Below are positions 55,438 through 64,000 of a stretch of DNA of 64,000 bases, piece after piece. The translations under genes and the position numbers were made by a program. The stretch comes from Candidatus Dormiibacterota bacterium (GTDB lineage: Bacteria > Chloroflexota > Dormibacteria > Aeolococcales > Aeolococcaceae). Each line of letters begins with the position of its first letter. Position 1 is the stretch's first letter. The notes below the pieces were generated by a model. That model saw only the letters and a list, made by a program, of their open reading frames with translations, ran no database searches and was not told the origin of the DNA. The DNA is taken from contig CAVPXI010000014.1 of NCBI GenBank assembly GCA_963709585.1, positions 428,897-492,896 on the forward strand, written 5' to 3'.

Positions 55438-56518
55438 TCAGCCGCTTCCGACGATGAGCTCGACGGTCCTGGATGCCCCGTTCCGATAGACGGTCAGGCT
55501 CACCTGCTGCCCCGGGGCGAGGCCGAGCACGGTCGGGTCGAACGGGTGGTCGGCATCGAGCCGCGTGCTCCCGACCGCGGTGACCACGTCCCCGGGGAGC
55601 AGACCGGCCGCGGCGGCCGGGCCACCTGCGGTCACCGAGAGAATCAGCGAGCCCACCGGCGCTCCCGCAGCCGCCGCGGTCGCGGGGTCGATCGTCTGGG
55701 ACTGGGCGCCCAGCGCGGGCACCGCCGCGCTCGGGCCGCCGCCGGTTGCCGCGACCACGAGGGACGCCGCCGAGGTCATCGAGAGCGCGACCACACCCGG
55801 CGCCGCGTTCCCGGCATTCACGACCACACCGATCACGTTGCCGTTGCCGTCGAGGAGCGGCGCCCCGTCCTGGCGTGGATCCGGCGTCGCGTCGACGGTG
55901 AGCACGTCATGCAGGATCGGCTCGGTGTCCGGCAGGCTGATCGTGATGCCGACCGAGCTCACAGTCCCGGTGGCCAGCGTCACCGGCGAGAAGGGCGTGT
56001 GCCCCACGGCGATCGCCAGGTCGCCGACCCGGGGCGTCACGGTCGCGAAGGTCAGCGGGGTCAGTCCCTGCGCTCCGACAGCCTGGAGCAGGACCACGCC
56101 GTGAGTTCGGATCAGCCCGGACGATCGTGGCCGGATAGCTGTGCCCGTCGGCGGTGGCGATCTTCAGCGCGGCCGCACCGTGGACGGCGTGGATGCTCGA
56201 CACGACCAGGCCGTTCGCCGAGACCACAAAGCCGTCGACGATCCCGGTGGGTCCTGCGAGCAGCGACCCCGGGGTCACCGGTTGGGTGACCACCTCGACG
56301 ACCGAAGCGGACTTGGCCTGGGCGATCGAGCCTGCGGTGAGCCCGCCGCCACCGCTGCCGCCAGACCCCCCGACGATGGTCTGCTGGGTGACTCGCTCGA
56401 CCGGGCCGAACCGCGCGTAGATCCCCCAGGCAGCGAGGCCGCCACCGACCAGGCCGATCACCGCACTCAGCACGACCGCTGCGATGAGCCGGTCGCGCGG
56501 CCGGGCCGCCGTGGTCAT
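55438..56518 (-). CDS. Membrane-anchored HtrA-like trypsin+PDZ protein with an altered triad; frameshift at ~56105
   Basis: N-terminal TM; GFVVSANGLVVSSIHAV; PRQDGAPLL in place of PGNSGGPL; GPAAAAGLLPGD PDZ motif. Confidence 0.8.
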
Positions 56519-57453
56519 TCGGCGGGTGCCGCCGCCCGCTGTCTCAGATAGCGAACGATGCCGGCCGCATTGCTGTGCACGCCGTTGAGCACCTCGGCCC
56601 TCTCGCGGACACCCTCCGGCAGCGTCTCGGAATCCAGCGCGAACGCCTCCGCGAGCGCCGCCGCGACATCGTCGATACCCGCGTCCGCGGCGTCCTCGAT
56701 CACCCGCTCGGCGACCTCGACCCAACCGCGGAGCATCGCCTCGGCTTCGGCAAGCGTGGCCTGCGCGTCGGTCACCGGACCGTAGTGGGTGAGCACCATG
56801 CGCTCCGGGCGCAGTTCCGCGAACCGCCGGATGCTGTGGACCGCCTGCTCGAGGTCGAAGTCGGGCGGCGGGGTCGCGGGCCGGAGCACCCCGATGTCGG
56901 GCAGCAGCACGCCGACCGCGTCGCCGACGAGCAGCGTCCCAGTGTGCTCGTCGAGAACCGCGTGGTGATGTTTGGCATGACCGGGCGAATCGACGAGGAC
57001 CAGCCGCCGGCCGTTGCCCACATCGACGCGGAAGCCGTCGCCGGCTGCGATGAGACGATCCTCAGGGACCGCGGTCATCCGGCCGTACAGCCCGTCGAGG
57101 AGCGGTCCGTAGACGCGCGACGCGCTGTCGATGAGCCTGCTCGGGTCGACCAGGTGCCGCGCTCCGCGCTCGTGGACGACCACGGTGGCGGAGGGAAAGT
57201 CCTTCGCGAGGTCCCCGACCGCTCCGGCATGGTCGAGATGGATGTGGGTCACGATGATCCAGCGAAGGTCGAGCGGGCCGAGTCCGAGGGCGTCGAGCGC
57301 CGCGTGAACCGCGGGGACGCTGGACTGCGAGCCGGTCTCGACCAGCGCGGGCATCGGCCCGTCGATCAGGAACCCGGCGGTGAGCTGGTCCATGCCTCCG
57401 AGCAGCGTGTCGAGCTGATGGATCCCGGGCGCGATGTCAACCGCGTCAGCCAT
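56515..57453 (-). CDS. MBL-fold metallo-hydrolase
   Basis: THIHLDHAG, PGHAKHH, GD and THYG motifs. Confidence 0.92.
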   Translation of the reverse strand: MADAVDIAPGIHQLDTLLGGMDQLTAGFLIDGPMPALVETGSQSSVPAVHAALDALGLGPLDLRWIIVTHIHLDHAGAVGDLAKDFPSATVVVHERGARHLVDPSRLIDSASRVYGPLLDGLYGRMTAVPEDRLIAAGDGFRVDVGNGRRLVLVDSPGHAKHHHAVLDEHTGTLLVGDAVGVLLPDIGVLRPATPPPDFDLEQAVHSIRRFAELRPERMVLTHYGPVTDAQATLAEAEAMLRGWVEVAERVIEDAADAGIDDVAAALAEAFALDSETLPEGVRERAEVLNGVHSNAAGIVRYLRQRAAAPAE

Positions 57454-57468
57454 CGTTGCAGCCTCCCG

Positions 57469-60400
57469 CTACGGCGACGGGCTGGCCGACTGCTGGGCGA
57501 GCAACTTCTGCAGCGCCTGCAGATCCGCCTGGACCTTGGCCTCGTCGGCGCCGTACGCGGTGAAGTTGCCAGCCATCAGCGCCGCCTCGGCAGCCGAGTT
57601 GTCGGCGACGATCTTGCTGTCCAGGGCGATGATCTGCTGCTGAATCGTGCCGGTCGGGATGCTCGTCGGCGTCGGCGACGCGCCCGGGCTCGGCGACGCT
57701 GATGGCGATGTCGATGGTGACGGCGAGGGTGATGTGGTGCCGGTGCCCGCGGCGGGCAACGGCAGGCCGGGGACAGGCGCGCCGTTGTTGAGCAACGCCG
57801 CAACTGCGGCGGCGAACGACGTGCCCTGCTGCACGTTGCCCTGGTCGCCGACGATCACGTACTGCAACTGTGGGAACGCGGTGCCGCCGTTGGCGGCTGC
57901 GGTGACGTAAAGCGGCCGCACGTATAGGAACGAGTTGTTGTTGAACGGCAGGATGATCACGTTGCCGAGGGTGACCGTCGACCCGTGCTGATCGAGCAGG
58001 CTGATCTCCGAGCTGATCACCTGGTTGGTATTGATGTTGTTGTCGAACTGCAGCGGTCCCAGGACGTTGTCCGCGTTGTTGAGGCGGACCGAGACGAGCT
58101 GAGGTTCGTTCGTGCCGGTGTAGTCACATTCAGCCGCAAGCCATGCGGTCATGTTGTTCGCGGTGGCGCCTCCCCCGCTCGCACCCGGAGAAAATGTCTG
58201 GAGCAGCACGAACTGCGGGCTGCTGGTGCCTGGGAGCGTCGCCTCGACATAGTACGCGGTGGTTGCCTGGTTGGTCCCGTTGACGCTCTGCTGCGCGATG
58301 TTGAACAGGTCGCTGCCGTTGTAGAAGACGGTTGGGCTGGTGATGTGCACCTTGGCGTAGGCCTGAGCCTGGTCGTTGAAGAGGTCTTCCGGGTAGCGAA
58401 GATGCGAGCGCAGATAGGTCGACATGGCGTCGAGGGGCGTGAGCAGGCCGGGGTAGATCGCGTTCCACGCCGCGGTGATCGGCTCGTGCATGTTCACCGC
58501 ATACAGGGTGATCGCGCAGGTCTTGGCATCGATCACCGCCTTGACAGCGTTGCGCATGTACGACGTGCCGTCGCTCTGCTGGTACGACTCGGGGAAGAGC
58601 GACGACTTGACATACGCATCGGCGATCCACATGAGATGGCCGGTGTCGGGATCGACCACGATGTACGGGTCACCGTCGACAGTCAGGAACGGTGCCAGCG
58701 AGGTGATGCGGGTACTGATCTGCCGGTTCACGAGCGCGCGGCTGTTTGCCGTGAGCGAGTTGTTGAGGAAGAGGTTGAAGCCACCGAAGTCCTGGAGCGA
58801 GATCGCGAGTTTGTCGATCGGATTCGTGATCGGGATCCCGACCTCGCTGCCGTTGCCGTGGACCGTGTTGTCTCCGCTCCCGGACGGATAGTTGAACTCG
58901 TTCTGTGTGGTGCCCGAGACGACGCTCTGCGTCGTGTCGAGCCCGCAATAGATGCTCGGATCCGCAGTCGTCGAGTTGTCGAACGAGAGGTCAGGCGGCG
59001 AACCCGGGGTGACCAGGGTCATCGGCTGGTGACCCACCAGGACCTGTGGTTTGCCCTCGCCGGCGACTGCGTTCACCGACACCGCGGTCACGCCGTAGCC
59101 GTGGGTGTAGGTCAGCGAGGTGTTCACGAAGGACGCGTTGGGGACGTCACCCTCCGCGATCTCCCGGGGTCCCAGCATCACCTCGGTGTCGGCCCCGGTG
59201 GCTGGATTGGGATAGCGATCCACGGTGATCGTCGAGTACGTCTGGTAGCTGCGGCTGCGGTCAATCTGCGCCAGCGTGTCGGGCAGCTGCGTGGGATCCT
59301 GGATGCGAACGTTCTGCAGCGTGCCGAGGTCGGATTCGAGATCGCTGAGCGTCGGTGCGTGGGGTGTGCCGAAGCTCCGGTTGTCCACTTGCGGACTCGC
59401 GCCCGTGCTCTGAATCGCCCAGGCGTAGCGGCTGGTGGTCAGGTAGTCGCCGATGGTCGGGGTCTGTGCCGTCTGCTCGTTCGGGCCCACGCTCGTCGCC
59501 TGGTACACCGCGGCAGGCACTCCCTGGGTCAGCCCCGCGACGAGCAGCCAGCCGCCGAGCATCGAAGCGAACGCGATCCCGGTCCCTGTCGAGGCTCGCC
59601 GCCAGCGGATCACGACGAACACGACGGTGGCGATCGCCAGCGCGGCGGCGAGGACCTGCAGGAAGCCGAGGACCGGCTGGATCACCGCGCGCTGGGTCGC
59701 GTCCAGCCCCACGTACGGCGTCCCGTTGGTCCCGTTGCCGGTGACGTGGCTGCTGGTGGCGAGGTGGTAGACCCCGAAGTGCGCGCCGAGTGCCGCGAGC
59801 ACAAAGATCGCCGCGAGCGCGATTCCGCCGGTGATGACCGCGGCGCGGAGCGCATCCTCCGGCGAACGACCGGGTGGCGGCTCGAGCGGCAGAGGCAGCT
59901 CCTCGGGTGCGTTCATGACCGTGATCGAGACCACCGCCATGGCGATTGCCGCGATCATCCCGAGGATCACCCCTCCCCAGAGCAGGCCCATGAAGTCGTC
60001 GATGGCGGGCAGCGTGAAGACGAAGAACGAGTAGTCGAGGTGAAACACGGGGTCGGTGGCGCCGAAGGGAGTCGAGTGCAGCCAGAGCAGGATGTCCTGC
60101 CATTCGCCGGACAGGGTTGACCCCCCGGCGATTCCCGCGATCACCGCGATGACCGCTCCACCCCAGAGCACGATCCTCCGCCCACGCCGGTCGAGGTTCG
60201 CCGCCGCCATCGAACACCCGAACACCGCTGCGCCGAAGAGCACCGCGACGATCGCGAACCCGACCAGGAACAGCACGATGTGGGCGATCAGCGGCGTCCA
60301 GAAGACATTCGTGTGGCCGACGCTCTTGAAGTAGAGGTAGTCGGCGCGGAGTCCGAGCAGCCATCGGATGACGATCAGCAGCACGATGATGGCTGCGATG

Positions 60401-60510
60401 ACGCCGAAGATGATGATCCGGCGCCGGAGCTGGCCAGGGGGCCGAACGATCCTCGGGCGGGAGCGCCGCCGAGCAAAAATCTGCTCGGGATCGAAGCCGA
60501 AGGCACTCAT
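57469..60510 (-). CDS. UPF0182-family membrane protein
   Basis: FGATDPVF.LD.SFFVF.LP, YTHGYG, DGDPY, YMRNAVK and RYPEDLF motifs. Confidence 0.93.
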   Translation of the reverse strand: MSAFGFDPEQIFARRRSRPRIVRPPGQLRRRIIIFGVIAAIIVLLIVIRWLLGLRADYLYFKSVGHTNVFWTPLIAHIVLFLVGFAIVAVLFGAAVFGCSMAAANLDRRGRRIVLWGGAVIAVIAGIAGGSTLSGEWQDILLWLHSTPFGATDPVFHLDYSFFVFTLPAIDDFMGLLWGGVILGMIAAIAMAVVSITVMNAPEELPLPLEPPPGRSPEDALRAAVITGGIALAAIFVLAALGAHFGVYHLATSSHVTGNGTNGTPYVGLDATQRAVIQPVLGFLQVLAAALAIATVVFVVIRWRRASTGTGIAFASMLGGWLLVAGLTQGVPAAVYQATSVGPNEQTAQTPTIGDYLTTSRYAWAIQSTGASPQVDNRSFGTPHAPTLSDLESDLGTLQNVRIQDPTQLPDTLAQIDRSRSYQTYSTITVDRYPNPATGADTEVMLGPREIAEGDVPNASFVNTSLTYTHGYGVTAVSVNAVAGEGKPQVLVGHQPMTLVTPGSPPDLSFDNSTTADPSIYCGLDTTQSVVSGTTQNEFNYPSGSGDNTVHGNGSEVGIPITNPIDKLAISLQDFGGFNLFLNNSLTANSRALVNRQISTRITSLAPFLTVDGDPYIVVDPDTGHLMWIADAYVKSSLFPESYQQSDGTSYMRNAVKAVIDAKTCAITLYAVNMHEPITAAWNAIYPGLLTPLDAMSTYLRSHLRYPEDLFNDQAQAYAKVHITSPTVFYNGSDLFNIAQQSVNGTNQATTAYYVEATLPGTSSPQFVLLQTFSPGASGGGATANNMTAWLAAECDYTGTNEPQLVSVRLNNADNVLGPLQFDNNINTNQVISSEISLLDQHGSTVTLGNVIILPFNNNSFLYVRPLYVTAAANGGTAFPQLQYVIVGDQGNVQQGTSFAAAVAALLNNGAPVPGLPLPAAGTGTTSPSPSPSTSPSASPSPGASPTPTSIPTGTIQQQIIALDSKIVADNSAAEAALMAGNFTAYGADEAKVQADLQALQKLLAQQSASPSP

Positions 60511-60556
60511 GGGTTCAGCGAGTGTACCTGCGGGACGTCCGCAGGACGCTTTGCCT

Positions 60557-60850
60557 TCAGCGGCGTTGGAGCAGCAGCCTCACGTCGAACGGGTCGCGCC
60601 GGCGGCGGACCCTGCGTGAAACCTCGGGCCGGATCTGCACCATGTAGGGCTCCTGCTGACGCAGGACCTCCTCGATCGCGTCGGCGATGAGCATGCCGGG
60701 ATGGACAGTCGGCACCCGTTCGCTCAACGCCTCGGCCATCCGATCGCTCACCTGAGTCAGGTTGAGCTCATGCGCCTGCTCGAGCACGTCGAGGCAGTCG
60801 TCGAGACGCCTGAGCCTCAGGCGCCGATCCTCGCCGTCCATGGAGGTCAT
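60557..60850 (-). CDS. Hypothetical protein
   Basis: 97-aa ORF co-oriented between uvrA and UPF0182; plausible codon usage. Confidence 0.6.
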   Translation of the reverse strand: MTSMDGEDRRLRLRRLDDCLDVLEQAHELNLTQVSDRMAEALSERVPTVHPGMLIADAIEEVLRQQEPYMVQIRPEVSRRVRRRRDPFDVRLLLQRR

Positions 60851-60894
60851 CGTTCCACCACGTTAGCGCACCCGATCTGCTTGCGGGTGTGCGA

Positions 60895-63813
<2,919 letters not shown>

Positions 63814-63910
63814 TGACCGTCTAGCGTACCCAAGTGGCGGTCAAGACCAACACTCCCCTTCGGGATCGGAGACGCTGAGCCAGGTCGAATGCCATGGGGT
63901 CAGAGCATAG

Positions 63911-63924
63911 CAAACGTATGTTCG
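63911..63924. promoter_or_regulatory. LexA (Cheo-type) SOS box CAAACGTATGTTCG
   Basis: One mismatch from CGAAC-N4-GTTCG; ~100 bp upstream of uvrA. Confidence 0.75.
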
Positions 63925-64000
63925 ATGCGTCCCTGCCTCCGTGGCCACGGTACGATTCCGACCACCACTGCCCGCCGCCAAAATGCCGGTCGTAAACCTC

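Overview
High-GC bacterial chromosome segment. Gene order and protein style suggest a Chloroflexi-related soil lineage such as Ca. Dormibacterota; this is an inference and cannot be tested here. Layout: (1) 1-8.2 kb accessory patch with an MDR oxidoreductase, lipoproteins, an ECF sigma/anti-sigma pair and small genes. (2) 8.2-26.3 kb minus-strand housekeeping run: radical SAM, rpmE, DUF1385, prfA, prmC, tsaC, glyA, wecA-like, atpZ/I/B/E/F/H/A/G/D/C, then an APH kinase and an acyl-CoA dehydrogenase. A Phd/MazF-like toxin-antitoxin pair is inserted in it. (3) An HtrA operon and a 2.33-kb IS1595 element carrying passenger genes. (4) 31.4-46.9 kb glycan-biosynthesis island: two GT-C membrane proteins, a GT2-flippase fusion, GT4, FkbM, GT2, and a phosphoesterase with three near-identical CBM repeats. 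(5) Lipid genes, glpX-like, pyrG, two MBL folds, an HtrA-like protein, UPF0182 and uvrA with an SOS box. Highlights: most frameshifts and odd substitutions fall on GACTC/GAGTC, which looks like a DNA-modification footprint in the basecalls; three apparently catalytically dead enzymes cluster around pyrG; the IS cargo includes a HEPN-like protein; the Fo sector and glycan genes look mycobacterial; and a 63-bp ECF promoter/leader is duplicated in inverted orientation. No rRNA, tRNA or CRISPR array was recognised. All family calls come from motif recognition by eye, not from database searches.
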